64,000 bases of DNA from Promethearchaeota archaeon (lineage in GTDB: Archaea > Asgardarchaeota > Thorarchaeia > Thorarchaeales > Thorarchaeaceae), in assembly GCA_014728035.1 (NCBI GenBank), contig WJMJ01000101.1, positions 32,001-96,000 on the forward strand, written 5' to 3'. The notes under the pieces were generated by a model, which worked only from the letters and a program-made list of their open reading frames with translations, made no database searches and was not told where the DNA came from. The position numbers and the translations under genes were made by a program. Below are positions 47,209-58,377 of the stretch, piece after piece; position 1 is the stretch's first letter; the number at the start of each line of letters is the position of its first letter.

Positions 47209-48021
47209 ATGTCAGCTGGAACTGATGGCTATACTTTTGAATTTGTGGCGCGGATGGGTTCTGGTGTTCGTGTATATCAAGATGATTATAATTATCATAG
47301 ATGGAAGGGGTATAGATTCGATTGTGGATGCCTGCAGTTTGAATGTGGCACAGAAGGGACTGGTGAGGTAACTGGTACAGAACCTATCACAAGAGATAGA
47401 ATTTGTAATATTGGTTTGTTTCAGGATAATAATCAAAATGACTGGAATTGTGATAAGGTAGAAATTGAAGGCAAAATATTATTAGAAGAAACTTTTGGTG
47501 CACATATGCACCAAGCTGATGGTGAACTAGCCAATTTATTGGTAGCTGATGGGTCAATCCCGCAAAATGGATCATATGATTATGTTGATGACTATGGACT
47601 CATATACCATGTGGAATGGGAATCGGCCAACAATAGAATTGATATTATCTCCGAAGTATTCGACCCACGAGTATGGGGAGAGGATGAACAAGGGTTCATA
47701 GAAAACAGAAGAGTTTACAGGCGTGGTATTGTTACCATTACACGCCAGATAATAATGAACACGCCATACGGATATATGGTTACTGCAGAAGGATCAGAGC
47801 AATATATAGATACCAGGCAGACAAATTATATCTGTCCAGATACTAAACCAGATGATCCGTTTACCAAGCATTTAGATAGCATGGTAAGAGACGATATTGA
47901 TAATATCGTGGTTACTGGTGCGCGGTGGGGTGATGTAGACGAATCAACAGATTCTGATAATAAATGGTCTGGTGTGGGTGGTTCAGACGGTGGTATGTAT
48001 TGGACAAATGTGTGGGCCTAA
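47209..48021 (+). CDS. Tail/baseplate-region hypothetical protein
   Basis: GAGG RBS; acidic Cys/Gly-Thr composition like 42071. Confidence 0.65.
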   Translation: MSAGTDGYTFEFVARMGSGVRVYQDDYNYHRWKGYRFDCGCLQFECGTEGTGEVTGTEPITRDRICNIGLFQDNNQNDWNCDKVEIEGKILLEETFGAHMHQADGELANLLVADGSIPQNGSYDYVDDYGLIYHVEWESANNRIDIISEVFDPRVWGEDEQGFIENRRVYRRGIVTITRQIIMNTPYGYMVTAEGSEQYIDTRQTNYICPDTKPDDPFTKHLDSMVRDDIDNIVVTGARWGDVDESTDSDNKWSGVGGSDGGMYWTNVWA

Positions 48022-48045
48022 TGGTGCAAAAATAAGTAAGCAATT

Positions 48046-48321
48046 ATGTCTACTGATCTTATAGAACTATTTCTTGATCGTATGAGCATTGAGGCACAGG
48101 ACATAGATCCTGCAGGAACGGAATTTGTTTATGGTGATGCCGAATGCGAGATTAAATCGGTCAATGAGGATACAGTGCAGCTGACTATTAATGGTAGTAA
48201 TTTCGTGTCAGATGACATAAGTGAATTGGAATCTTACTTTGATACTGAGTTCGACATAACACGCGAGAGGAATATTGACGAACTGGCGAGGGAGCTTCGT
48301 GTTGCATTCAAAGATGGATAA
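48046..48321 (+). CDS. Hypothetical protein
   Basis: 91 aa, acidic. Confidence 0.6.
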   Translation: MSTDLIELFLDRMSIEAQDIDPAGTEFVYGDAECEIKSVNEDTVQLTINGSNFVSDDISELESYFDTEFDITRERNIDELARELRVAFKDG

Positions 48322-48784
48322 TATATTAGAAGATCTCCAGGAAATTCGAAGTCAGATGCGAGATCTGATTGCAACGAAGCGTGATTTGATGGATAGGTTG
48401 GATGCTGACCCATCCAATAAAGCATTACGATCCAAATTGGATGATATACAATTTAAGATCAGATCTGCTAATGAACAATGGAAAGAAGAGGCTATTGTAC
48501 AAGATCCAAACCCATCTAGGGAGGATATTAAACAATTATTCTTAGCACACGCCGCCAAGGCATCTGCCGGTGAATTGCGCGGATCTGATCTTAAGATATG
48601 GGAGAAGCTGAAAACCAAACTCCCCAATGGTGTTGTTGATAAGATAATCAGTATGTTACGCGATGCTGCGACAGCCACAATGCAAGAGGATCAATATAAA
48701 TATCCAAATCGCAAACATATTAGAAAGCAATCGTTATTCAGATCATCATTCAATAAGAGTAGATCATTCGGCGGAAGAAGTTGA
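48314..48784 (+). CDS. Coiled-coil hypothetical protein
   Basis: ATG overlapping the upstream gene. Confidence 0.6.
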   Translation: MDNILEDLQEIRSQMRDLIATKRDLMDRLDADPSNKALRSKLDDIQFKIRSANEQWKEEAIVQDPNPSREDIKQLFLAHAAKASAGELRGSDLKIWEKLKTKLPNGVVDKIISMLRDAATATMQEDQYKYPNRKHIRKQSLFRSSFNKSRSFGGRS

Positions 48785-48811
48785 TGTATTAAAGATATAT
48801 AAGGACATTTA

Positions 48812-49444
48812 ATGACATTACCTGATAATAGAATAAAATTCCCATCAACAGAGGTTGATTTCAACAATGACGTAGGTACTACTGGTCAGGACCACGATAA
48901 TTATCCGGAAGAAGACACACAAGCCAGATATGATTGGATACGATTATATCTGATTGGATTACTAGCAAACCAAGCATCATATGAAGAGCCTGTTAATTAT
49001 CGTCAAGGCTCTATATGGATGAATTTAACCGATGGATACTTTAGATTCTATAATGGCAGTGATTTCTCACCAATGGCACATGCGTTGGGTGTGCCTGGAG
49101 ACGTGGCATCTGCTACGGAAGAGAGCCTCTATAGTTGGATTGTAGCTGCCAACGAACGATTATCAAGCATACGCAAGAATGCAACTTTTAGTGGTGTTGC
49201 TAATGTTGATGCCTCATCTATCAGTATCCCAGATGAGGCCAAAGATGCAGCAGCAGATGATGGTACCCACCCATTCTTATATAAGAATGGTAGATTGGTT
49301 GATCCAAGATTGACATCATATAATGTTGGATGCCCAGTCGTGGTCGAACTTACCGGCAATGCTGTTTTAAGTAGTGGTGATACTTTCACAGTGATCATAC
49401 AGCGCATGGATACAGTTGTGTCTGAATCCGTAATCATCGATTGA
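48812..49444 (+). CDS. Putative structural protein
   Basis: AAGGA RBS; tail-region context. Confidence 0.6.
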   Translation: MTLPDNRIKFPSTEVDFNNDVGTTGQDHDNYPEEDTQARYDWIRLYLIGLLANQASYEEPVNYRQGSIWMNLTDGYFRFYNGSDFSPMAHALGVPGDVASATEESLYSWIVAANERLSSIRKNATFSGVANVDASSISIPDEAKDAAADDGTHPFLYKNGRLVDPRLTSYNVGCPVVVELTGNAVLSSGDTFTVIIQRMDTVVSESVIID

Positions 49445-49452
49445 GGATAGAT

Positions 49453-50469
49453 ATGAATATACTTAATCTAGAGGAAAAGATCGACCCAAAATATCGGGGT
49501 GAGATAGAAATTATTATAAAAGACCGCAATGGCAATGTGATAGAGCGTGTGGTTGAACCAAATATCGTCAAGATATTTGCCAAAGAAATATTGTCACACA
49601 CAATGCCATTCTCTAAGGTGTGGGATCCAAATGCATCCTCTGGATCTGGTGGGTGGGTAGATTCTGAAATAGACCCCAATGAAGATTTTGCTGTAAAGTA
49701 CATCCTATTGGGGGCATCATTTGATGCCAATGGTATTCCATTGGATACCGAGGATACAAGATTTTACACTCTAGACCCTGTGACTGATACATATAAACCA
49801 ATACGGTTGGAACCTGGTGCCTGGTATGATGGTGGTTTGATAAATGCTATCCCCATCGCAGACCCAGACCGTCCTCTCAAGCGTATTGAGAGGTTTAGTT
49901 TTGAACCCACATATCAACCAGCTGGTTCGCCATTGTTGCAGGAAGACGTTAGAGCGATCAACAATGTGTTGAAAGCAGAGACGACTTTGCGCACTGACGA
50001 GTATAATGGATTTGGTTTAACTGATACTGATTTTTTCACTATTACAGAAGTAGCACTGGCGGCTGGTAAGACTATTGATGGTCTGGACTCCTGTGATTGC
50101 ACACCACGTGAATTATTCCTTGATGGCCCATACCCAGCCACTCTAACCGGTGGTGATGTAGTTACTTTGGATGATACTTCTGATGTGTTGTCCATTACGG
50201 CAGGAGATCAAATCAAAATCACAGGTGCTGGTAGTGAGGAAGATTTGGATCAGGTCACTCCATTTTATCTCGTTCTCGATAAAGCGGAGACTGGTAGAGA
50301 TATTCAGCTTGATAGAGTCCCAGTTGATGCTGATAATGATCCACTTACCGGGTCGGTGCAGTTGTGGAGGGACACATTGCGCATATTTAGCCACCGAATA
50401 TTATCAAGCCCAGTGAAGAAAAGTAATGTTTTTGAGATTACCATCCGCTGGTCGATAATATTCAATTAG
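49453..50469 (+). CDS. Putative baseplate/tail-fibre attachment protein
   Basis: GEIEIII..NGNVIE..PNIVK, ITEVAL, FSHR....VKK..FEITIRWSIIF pattern. Confidence 0.65.
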   Translation: MNILNLEEKIDPKYRGEIEIIIKDRNGNVIERVVEPNIVKIFAKEILSHTMPFSKVWDPNASSGSGGWVDSEIDPNEDFAVKYILLGASFDANGIPLDTEDTRFYTLDPVTDTYKPIRLEPGAWYDGGLINAIPIADPDRPLKRIERFSFEPTYQPAGSPLLQEDVRAINNVLKAETTLRTDEYNGFGLTDTDFFTITEVALAAGKTIDGLDSCDCTPRELFLDGPYPATLTGGDVVTLDDTSDVLSITAGDQIKITGAGSEEDLDQVTPFYLVLDKAETGRDIQLDRVPVDADNDPLTGSVQLWRDTLRIFSHRILSSPVKKSNVFEITIRWSIIFN

Positions 50470-50486
50470 TATTGTAGGAGATCATA

Positions 50487-52208
50487 ATGCCACAAATAAA
50501 TCCCAGTCTGGTGCCAACAGTAAGCCCAGGTAACCTGTTCAGTAGGCTTACTTCTGACCCCAGTCTTGCTATACGTTGGTTAACTTCAGTTGATCCTGTA
50601 TATTTTGAAGCATGGAATAGACCGTTAGCCGATGAGGCCATGCGTCAATTAATTATTGCCAAATCGCTGGATCAAGTTAGTCTTCGTTTAGGACACCAGA
50701 CATATTTCCCATTCTTGGTTCAGCCAGTTATTACTGGTGGTATGGATGTGCCTCTATCTTGGATATGGGATGTGCATTCATCAGTACCCGCAAAATGGGA
50801 GAATTTGAGATTAGCACGCATTAAGAGAGTGAGTGGTAGTAATCCTGGAGGGTCTGGTGGTTCTGAGGATTACACCGGAACTCTGAGATTGGTATTCACT
50901 GCCAATCAATCAGGGTCGACAACTGAAGTTGCCCTCTTTACTCTTGATTATGATATTGGTTCCACACTTACATATCAACGTGTGGATGTTGTTGTGTCTA
51001 CCGAAGAGACCATTAACGTAGACCCAAGTGAAGCGGATACCATATCAGGTTTTGCGATTTTCCGCACTCTTGATCTTAGTGACTCTACAGTACAGTCGTT
51101 TCTCGATTTTGTTGAACCACCCACAGATACGACTGATTCTGATAGTGACGGCGAATTTGATAATCCAGCAGTATATACGATAATCGATTCAAGCCCAGGT
51201 GTATTTGGTATGGCAGCATTGCCACATGGTACTGGTGTATTGGTGGATTCGGCATCCAATTCTATACCTGATACTGCAGCGCAGATAGCCAGTTGGGTTT
51301 CTGCATTTAACTATCCATTCAGATATACAGCCACCAGAAAATCGACTTCACCAGTAGTCATCGAAATACCAGCAGGTTTGTTCTATGAGTTTGATATTAC
51401 AGCACCAGCTGGCGATGAGCCGGATGGAGACACATCTGGAACATATTATCCAGTGTGGATAAGTCGTGTCGTTCGTGAAGATGTGTCGGCTGATACTCTG
51501 ACATTTTATTTTGCAACTTATGCTATTGTTGATGAAAATCCGTCAACAGCACCAGTAGAATTTGCCACATTGACTCTGGAGCGTACATTTACATCCGGGC
51601 AGGTGGTTGAAATTGAATCAATTGATAATCTATATAATGTAACTGGAACAAATTCTGATTTGTTCAATCAGCATTTTGGCCGTGGACATGTGATGCTGAG
51701 CAGTCTGTGGGGTGGTACAGGCGATACTGTTACCGACTTTTTCGATGCATTTCTTACAATAGTTGGAGATCCAGCACAAATCGAATTCGTTTCTGGAAAC
51801 TCCATACTTTCTAGTTATGGAATCAGTCGTGTACCCAAATATGTACCAACATTGGGTGAGAATCAGGCACTGAAAGGTAGTAGTGCTACCAGAGAAGACA
51901 ATCCAACACACCCCAGCGATGACAATCGATATGTAACACAAGATGATCAGGGACTTGGAGATCGGGTAGATTTTGAATCTATATCTGGTATTAGTAGTAA
52001 TGCCGATATTGAACGATATGGTTATAAGGGTGGGCTTGTCTGTCGTAAGGTGAAGCTGATTGTGAATTCGTCTGGCACCAGCCATAATTATGAAGATGAT
52101 GTGTTGCCGAGACTAAGGTGTTTGCTTGGCCGAGACCCAATATTTGGAGATGAATACTGGGATGGTACTAGATGGTTCAAGTTCAATGGTGACACCTGGA
52201 CCGGTTGA
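50487..52208 (+). CDS. Putative structural protein
   Basis: AGGAG RBS, 573 aa, S/T/G/D-rich. Confidence 0.65.
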   Translation: MPQINPSLVPTVSPGNLFSRLTSDPSLAIRWLTSVDPVYFEAWNRPLADEAMRQLIIAKSLDQVSLRLGHQTYFPFLVQPVITGGMDVPLSWIWDVHSSVPAKWENLRLARIKRVSGSNPGGSGGSEDYTGTLRLVFTANQSGSTTEVALFTLDYDIGSTLTYQRVDVVVSTEETINVDPSEADTISGFAIFRTLDLSDSTVQSFLDFVEPPTDTTDSDSDGEFDNPAVYTIIDSSPGVFGMAALPHGTGVLVDSASNSIPDTAAQIASWVSAFNYPFRYTATRKSTSPVVIEIPAGLFYEFDITAPAGDEPDGDTSGTYYPVWISRVVREDVSADTLTFYFATYAIVDENPSTAPVEFATLTLERTFTSGQVVEIESIDNLYNVTGTNSDLFNQHFGRGHVMLSSLWGGTGDTVTDFFDAFLTIVGDPAQIEFVSGNSILSSYGISRVPKYVPTLGENQALKGSSATREDNPTHPSDDNRYVTQDDQGLGDRVDFESISGISSNADIERYGYKGGLVCRKVKLIVNSSGTSHNYEDDVLPRLRCLLGRDPIFGDEYWDGTRWFKFNGDTWTG

Positions 52209-52331
52209 TCTGGTCAACAACAATCAATAAACTGTGTATTTGATGCACAAATGACATACATACAGTTGTTGTGCATGTTGACTCATAATATATCCAATTC
52301 TCACAAATATAATAAAGATTGGAGCGTATAA

Positions 52332-53876
52332 ATGAGTCAACTCCCCCAATTTCCATTTGCAGGACAAATACTGATTGATTTTTATGGTGTGCAGTGGCAA
52401 TATGATCCAATAATTGATGGATGGAAGAGGCTGGGAGATAAAGAAGACGTTCCAATAGCTGATGGAACACAATCTGGCCTTCTCAGCCCAATACTGAAAA
52501 ATAAAATTGATGGCATACCTGATAGGGGTGGTGGGTGTGGCATCATCGTAAAACCATTGAAGAGAAATCTTGATAATTCAGATGGTATGTTGGTAGGCGA
52601 TATCAATCTTACCAGTCATTCGTTGGATATTACGTGTGTCGATAGTAATGGTGAGGAAATAGCAGAGAACTGTTTACCAGATGTAGAAGTGTCTGCGGAC
52701 GAACGCCAACCGGGATTTAACTTCCAAATAAAACAGAAGACATTGGATGGGTTATGTATCAGAGTGCCTGGGATTCCAGGACCTAAAGGACCACAGGGAG
52801 ACAAAGGAGATCCTGGACAACCAGGCACTGGTGATGGTCCACAGGGCGAACAGGGTGTTCCTGGTAAAGATGAAACAGAACCTGGGACATTTACGGGAGT
52901 GAAAATACTGGACGATCCCGGCATTTATGATAATGCTGTGGTGGGGTTGGATCTAGATGCTGACAATGGCATTTTAAATGTCATAAAATCCAAAGTCAGA
53001 GTTCCAACAGACAACACACCCGCGAATCAGGTTATAGCTCAACAGATATCAAGAGACATTGTATTTACCGGTGATAGATGGGATTTTCAATTGGGTAGAC
53101 CGTCTGGAGATCCGTTAGAGGAAACAGACCCAGATATTCTGCATATGCCAGCTGGGTTTGAACCAGATGGGAATACCAACACCGAACTTAGTTCTAAGAA
53201 ATTAAGCACAATATTACAACATGTCATAAATAGATATGACGATGATCTGCAGATTGTGGAAGCACAATACGATAAAGAATTGAGAGATTATATTCTTTCC
53301 AAGGACGAGGAATGTCGTAATATTCTCGCTGCTCTAGCACAACAGTTATCAGAATGTGAATGGAAGCTACCCATAGACTTCTGTCTTGGCATTAGCCCCG
53401 GTGATTGTATCCCAGATGAATCTGGCACTGAAGGTGTATTGAATTGCATACGACGAGATTCCATAGAAGTTATTGAATCGGTTCAAGATTTTGATTATGT
53501 GGATTATAGTAATCCATCGGCACCTGTACTTATTGATATTGACGCCACTGATGCACTGTTGAATGCTGGTGGTGGTGCAATAGAAGCCGTTGATGTGACT
53601 GTGGATTATGAAAATGGTGCTGGCCCAGATACCTGGGAAATTATATATATGGGCAACACTCTGGCCGAGCAGACTGATTCTGGTAGTGGGTCGTTCAGTG
53701 GGTCGGCTACTGGTAGTTCACCCATTGTGCAGATTAAGGTGACTCCTGGAGATAGTGGTACTGCGTGGTCAGGCACAATAACAGCAACATTTGATATATG
53801 TGTGTTTAGTAATCCTTCGCCAGGACCAATCACGGAAGCACCAGTCATAGTTGAATATAAAGATGAGGACGCATGA
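52332..53876 (+). CDS. Tail-region protein with collagen segment (paralogue family)
   Basis: FP..GQILID..G..WQYD..GLLSP; GPKGPQGDKG. Confidence 0.7.
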   Translation: MSQLPQFPFAGQILIDFYGVQWQYDPIIDGWKRLGDKEDVPIADGTQSGLLSPILKNKIDGIPDRGGGCGIIVKPLKRNLDNSDGMLVGDINLTSHSLDITCVDSNGEEIAENCLPDVEVSADERQPGFNFQIKQKTLDGLCIRVPGIPGPKGPQGDKGDPGQPGTGDGPQGEQGVPGKDETEPGTFTGVKILDDPGIYDNAVVGLDLDADNGILNVIKSKVRVPTDNTPANQVIAQQISRDIVFTGDRWDFQLGRPSGDPLEETDPDILHMPAGFEPDGNTNTELSSKKLSTILQHVINRYDDDLQIVEAQYDKELRDYILSKDEECRNILAALAQQLSECEWKLPIDFCLGISPGDCIPDESGTEGVLNCIRRDSIEVIESVQDFDYVDYSNPSAPVLIDIDATDALLNAGGGAIEAVDVTVDYENGAGPDTWEIIYMGNTLAEQTDSGSGSFSGSATGSSPIVQIKVTPGDSGTAWSGTITATFDICVFSNPSPGPITEAPVIVEYKDEDA

Positions 53877-56458
53877 ACTTCCCTGATAATCCAACTGATG
53901 GAATGATTTTTGAAAAATCTCCTGGTGTATACTTCCAATATAACAAGGGAACTAATACGTGGACCAGACTGGATGGTTATAAGTCAATCCAGATAGCGAC
54001 TAGCTTGCGTCCTGGTCTTATGTCATCAAACGATTTTACTAAACTCAATAAACTATTGGTACCACCATCAAGAACTACCCTAACGTCAGATCAATGTGAT
54101 ACAGTGTTTGAAACGGGGATTATCGGTCTTTATTCAGACGATGGTTCTCTAATCATTGACAGCAATCTAAGTCTCTATGATCATTCAACAGAAAGTCCTA
54201 ACGCAATACCTACTGAATGGCAGATTCATGAAAACACCTATGGCTTCAATTTCAAAGTCAATATGAATCAGCTAATTAATACGTTAACTGACAATGGCAA
54301 TTTGTATATAGAAACCATAAGAGGCGAGCGCGGTAATAAAGGAGAAAAGGGAGATCCTGGTGTTGATAAGTTAGACACTGGTCCTAAGGGTGAGACTGGA
54401 CCATCAGGTTCTAATGCACCGTTCCTGGGCGACCTCATTGATGAACCTCTCCAGCTAGAATTAGTGCAAGACAATAATAAAGCCGTAATTGATATCAAGG
54501 TGGAATCGGTATCAAAACAAGAAAATTATCTAGTAATTACCAGAGCCACAATTGGAAGTGATGCTTGCCCCAGAGAAGTGTTACCACAATCGAAGCAGAG
54601 TTCATGGGTAGTAGCTGTTGATCCAAAATTAGGTGGGCAGTTACAATGTAATACTGAGTGTGTGAAATGCTCAATGCTGTTCCATCTGGATATAGAAGAT
54701 TTAATTGACAATATAAAGGATAGATATCGATACTTATTGACACAGGCAAAACAGCAACGTGAATCATTGGCGCGTGAATGGCTACAGACAATGATGACTG
54801 TTTTCAATCAACAGAAAGCAGCACTTTGCTGTGCATTGGAGAATTGTGAATCTAGGAAGAGAAACCAGGACACCAGAAGATTTATAGAATCTCAACGAAT
54901 ACAAGCAGCACAAGGTAATTTTCAACTCCATGTTGATAGTACGCCAGACCCTGAATTTACTATTGATATGGACGCTTATAAAGATTGTGAAGCTGAAGGG
55001 GGACAGGTTACTGAACAACCTGGAGATGGTGGGTGCGAAGATTGTGTTATGCGTGTGGTGGTTGAAGCTAAGAATGACTTTAACAATAAGGTTATTGCTA
55101 GCCTTCCCGGAGGAACCTATGCTGCTGAGATTGTGGATGGCTGTATTTATAATGGTATTGAATGGAATTGTGAATTATCACTGAAATCCAATATTGCTCC
55201 TGCCGTAACTAAACAATATGAAATTCCAGCACGATCCACAGCTGATTATGATTTTGCTACCAATGAAGCTGCGAGAGAATACTTCCTTAACAGTGTAGTA
55301 TTCTTCGATCACGTGGGCGGGGATATAGAGGCATGGGTAGCAAGTCCTCACCCACAATCTGGATTAGTTACACTGTGTATATGGAACGCAGAATGTTTCA
55401 CGGGTATACCTACTGGGATTGGTTATGAGGGTTATGATAACTGGTGCGTCATGACAGTTGAAAATATTGCATGGCATGAACGCACATTCAATACACAAAC
55501 AACCAATGGTGGGTTGATACAGGTTGGTGGCACTAAATGGATAATATCTCAGCCATCATTAAGCCCAGATTTACATTGTATGAGGAAATTCATAGGAGAT
55601 GGATTCGGCACTCCAGCACTTGCTTGGCAAACTACTGACGGTGAGAATTTTGCTGGCCTTAAGTCTAGCGGTGCCTATGTACTTATATATGATGATAATA
55701 TGAATACCCTGTTCAGGGATAAATTACATAATGATCCCATATCAACTGTGGGTGATTATCAATCCATAGATACTATTATATTCCCATATGAACATGTTCA
55801 AGTTTCGGATTTCTATGCGCCATCTACTTCAACTAAAATACTGATCATTGATGACAATCCATCCGCACAGATTTACAAAAGTGATATGGATAGACTAGGT
55901 TATGATGCGACTTGGCAGGATGATGCAACGAATATCAAAGATTATGCGGCTGTCATATTGCTCAGTAACACGGCGGCGCGTGGCGATACTGATAATATTG
56001 AAATGTATGTTGCAAACGGCGGTGGGCTTATAACCATTGGTAGTACTATATATCATCTTGCGCGATCTCCTGGAGTAACTTCGCTACCTGATTGGGTCGG
56101 TGGGGGAGGTGCCTATTATACTATTAGGAACACTACACCCATAACGGCTACTGCTGTCAAAAATTTCGGATCTATATCATCAGGAGATGAAGTATATAGT
56201 ATAAATAATGGGCTTGGATTGCCAACCATATTTGACCCAGACCCATCTGGAATTGTAGCCATATTTGATCAGAACGATATTGAAATCCCTGGAAGAGAAT
56301 ATGTAAATGATCCGCCAAGACCAGAATGTGCTGCATATATGGTTCGCACTGGTGCTGGCAGGGTGTTCTGGGCAACTAGACCATATTCAAGCCCAACAAT
56401 CGCAAAATGGGATGCATTATTAGATAGTGCCATACAATGGGCTGCTGAGGGTAGTTGA
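53873..56458 (+). CDS. Tail-region protein with collagen segment and C-terminal alpha/beta domain (paralogue family)
   Basis: NFPDNPTDG..GLMSSNDFTKL; GERGNKGEKG; Cys-rich. Confidence 0.7.
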   Translation: MNFPDNPTDGMIFEKSPGVYFQYNKGTNTWTRLDGYKSIQIATSLRPGLMSSNDFTKLNKLLVPPSRTTLTSDQCDTVFETGIIGLYSDDGSLIIDSNLSLYDHSTESPNAIPTEWQIHENTYGFNFKVNMNQLINTLTDNGNLYIETIRGERGNKGEKGDPGVDKLDTGPKGETGPSGSNAPFLGDLIDEPLQLELVQDNNKAVIDIKVESVSKQENYLVITRATIGSDACPREVLPQSKQSSWVVAVDPKLGGQLQCNTECVKCSMLFHLDIEDLIDNIKDRYRYLLTQAKQQRESLAREWLQTMMTVFNQQKAALCCALENCESRKRNQDTRRFIESQRIQAAQGNFQLHVDSTPDPEFTIDMDAYKDCEAEGGQVTEQPGDGGCEDCVMRVVVEAKNDFNNKVIASLPGGTYAAEIVDGCIYNGIEWNCELSLKSNIAPAVTKQYEIPARSTADYDFATNEAAREYFLNSVVFFDHVGGDIEAWVASPHPQSGLVTLCIWNAECFTGIPTGIGYEGYDNWCVMTVENIAWHERTFNTQTTNGGLIQVGGTKWIISQPSLSPDLHCMRKFIGDGFGTPALAWQTTDGENFAGLKSSGAYVLIYDDNMNTLFRDKLHNDPISTVGDYQSIDTIIFPYEHVQVSDFYAPSTSTKILIIDDNPSAQIYKSDMDRLGYDATWQDDATNIKDYAAVILLSNTAARGDTDNIEMYVANGGGLITIGSTIYHLARSPGVTSLPDWVGGGGAYYTIRNTTPITATAVKNFGSISSGDEVYSINNGLGLPTIFDPDPSGIVAIFDQNDIEIPGREYVNDPPRPECAAYMVRTGAGRVFWATRPYSSPTIAKWDALLDSAIQWAAEGS

Positions 56459-57003
56459 TGGAATTAAATGTGTCTCTATTTTGTAGCTTGGCCAGGCAAT
56501 CATACTGGAATGAATGGCTATCTGATTATGATGTGGGTTTGCATTCATTTCTTAAATCCGCATTGAAAAAGGGTGGATGTAGACATGTGCGTCAATGTAT
56601 GATTAGGATTATGGAAGAGATAAAGAAGAGAGGTGATGGCCGTAGGTTGGCCGCTTTTCTTATTCGAAAGTATCCGTCATTGATTAAGAATCGATTTAAA
56701 TCAGTCAGTCATATATCTTCTAATATAGACAAGAAGTTTAGTGATATAAATAAAGTGTTTAGTTTTTATAATAGACATATTCTCACGTTTCCACACAGAA
56801 TGATAATTTGTGATGATGATAAAAATCAATTGATGCATAAAATAGAGTCATTCTCCAAGGATAAACGTGATGTTGATTATGTTATTGTAGATGGATGTGC
56901 TTATCTGGAGTATTTCACACCAGAAACCGAATATATGTCAGATTCGATCCATCAAAACGATAGAGAAGTAACTTTATATAAACAAAAGATTGGAGCAAAA
57001 TAA
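56458..57003 (+). CDS. Hypothetical protein
   Basis: TGATG coupling to the upstream gene. Confidence 0.6.
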   Translation: MELNVSLFCSLARQSYWNEWLSDYDVGLHSFLKSALKKGGCRHVRQCMIRIMEEIKKRGDGRRLAAFLIRKYPSLIKNRFKSVSHISSNIDKKFSDINKVFSFYNRHILTFPHRMIICDDDKNQLMHKIESFSKDKRDVDYVIVDGCAYLEYFTPETEYMSDSIHQNDREVTLYKQKIGAK

Positions 57004-57004
57004 T

Positions 57005-57475
57005 ATGAAATGTCCCATATGCGATAAGAAAGTCAAGAATCAAGGCGCATTGGTATCTCATATGCGCACACACGTAAAAAGAGGCGAGGTAATTGAATCT
57101 AAGGACCCCATATCCGGCAAGATGTTTTTTGATAAGGTTCCCGGTGAAATTGTAGAGGAAAAGACATTCACTGAAGATGCACCATTCGCCATGCTTGGTG
57201 ATGAGCCAGTAGGTGGACAACCCAAGAAGGTATGGGAAGTACCAATAGACCAATATAAGGCTATTGATCCTAGACAATACTTTGTTACTACTGGTGAGGC
57301 CATAATCAAAATTGACCAGCTAATTGGTGATCTCAAAAATTTGCAATCTAATATTAAAAAATTGAGAACCAGATTATTGAAGGCAAAGAGTGAATCAAAA
57401 TACCTCGAAACAGCTTGGGAGCAAAACAAACTTATTGTAAAGCGCAAGGATCCCAGACGGAAAAGCTTGAGGTAA
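57005..57475 (+). CDS. C2H2 zinc-finger protein
   Basis: CPICDKKVKNQGALVSHMRTH; GGAG RBS. Confidence 0.75.
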   Translation: MKCPICDKKVKNQGALVSHMRTHVKRGEVIESKDPISGKMFFDKVPGEIVEEKTFTEDAPFAMLGDEPVGGQPKKVWEVPIDQYKAIDPRQYFVTTGEAIIKIDQLIGDLKNLQSNIKKLRTRLLKAKSESKYLETAWEQNKLIVKRKDPRRKSLR

Positions 57476-57477
57476 TT

Positions 57478-58377
57478 ATGAAAAAAGAATTTGTTAATGA
57501 GTTGAATTCAATTTTAAGTGAGGCGGTGATTGACTGGACTCGTAGTCGTTTGGATCCACGAATATTTGATCTGTTCAATGATACTTATATTATGAGGCCA
57601 GAAGTATCCAATTTCATCAATGATGTAGTAAAATCAATTAACGACAATATAATAGATGTAAATAATTATTTTGTTAAGGGTAGTATTCTTAGTTTCCAAT
57701 GGCTTGATCATAGTGATGTTGACGTGCTGGTTGAAATAGATGATGATATTGCCGACGATGAACGAGATAGGCTGCAACGCGAAGTAGATGATGCATTCGA
57801 TAATGTACTGATACCAAATACGGAACACCCCATTCAGATTTATTTAAATGTTGGTGAATATGACCCAGACAATGCTGATGGTATTTATGTAATTGATTAT
57901 GCCCGTAGGGGTATGTCAGATCCATGGGTGAAGGGTCCATATAATATTAGAGTTGACATTGATGATTATATGTCTAAATTCCAAAAAGTGGCGGGGTCTA
58001 TTGACATAGATACTGGGGAGCTTAGACGCGACATTATTGATTATGAGTTGCTCAAGAAACTGCCTTATGAAGATATTAATAACCTCGAACATAGAATCAA
58101 TAGTAAATTAGATGAAATCAATGATGGTGTGGATGATTTAGTATATCAATATAAACACATACGCGATTTGCGCCACAAAGCTTTTAGCGATGAATTGACA
58201 CCACAGGAAATCATTAAATATGGTAGCAAGAATAAACTACCAGAGAATGTTATATTTAAAATGCTGGAACGATACTATTATCTGTCTATGTTGCGCAATC
58301 TTAAGGATCTCACAGCACGCGATGATATAGATACTGATAATGTGGATGATGTGAAAGAAATAATTAAGGAGATATGA
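57478..58377 (+). CDS. Pol-beta superfamily nucleotidyltransferase
   Basis: VKGSILSFQWLDHSDVDV (GS..DxD), ENVIFKML. Confidence 0.75.
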   Translation: MKKEFVNELNSILSEAVIDWTRSRLDPRIFDLFNDTYIMRPEVSNFINDVVKSINDNIIDVNNYFVKGSILSFQWLDHSDVDVLVEIDDDIADDERDRLQREVDDAFDNVLIPNTEHPIQIYLNVGEYDPDNADGIYVIDYARRGMSDPWVKGPYNIRVDIDDYMSKFQKVAGSIDIDTGELRRDIIDYELLKKLPYEDINNLEHRINSKLDEINDGVDDLVYQYKHIRDLRHKAFSDELTPQEIIKYGSKNKLPENVIFKMLERYYYLSMLRNLKDLTARDDIDTDNVDDVKEIIKEI

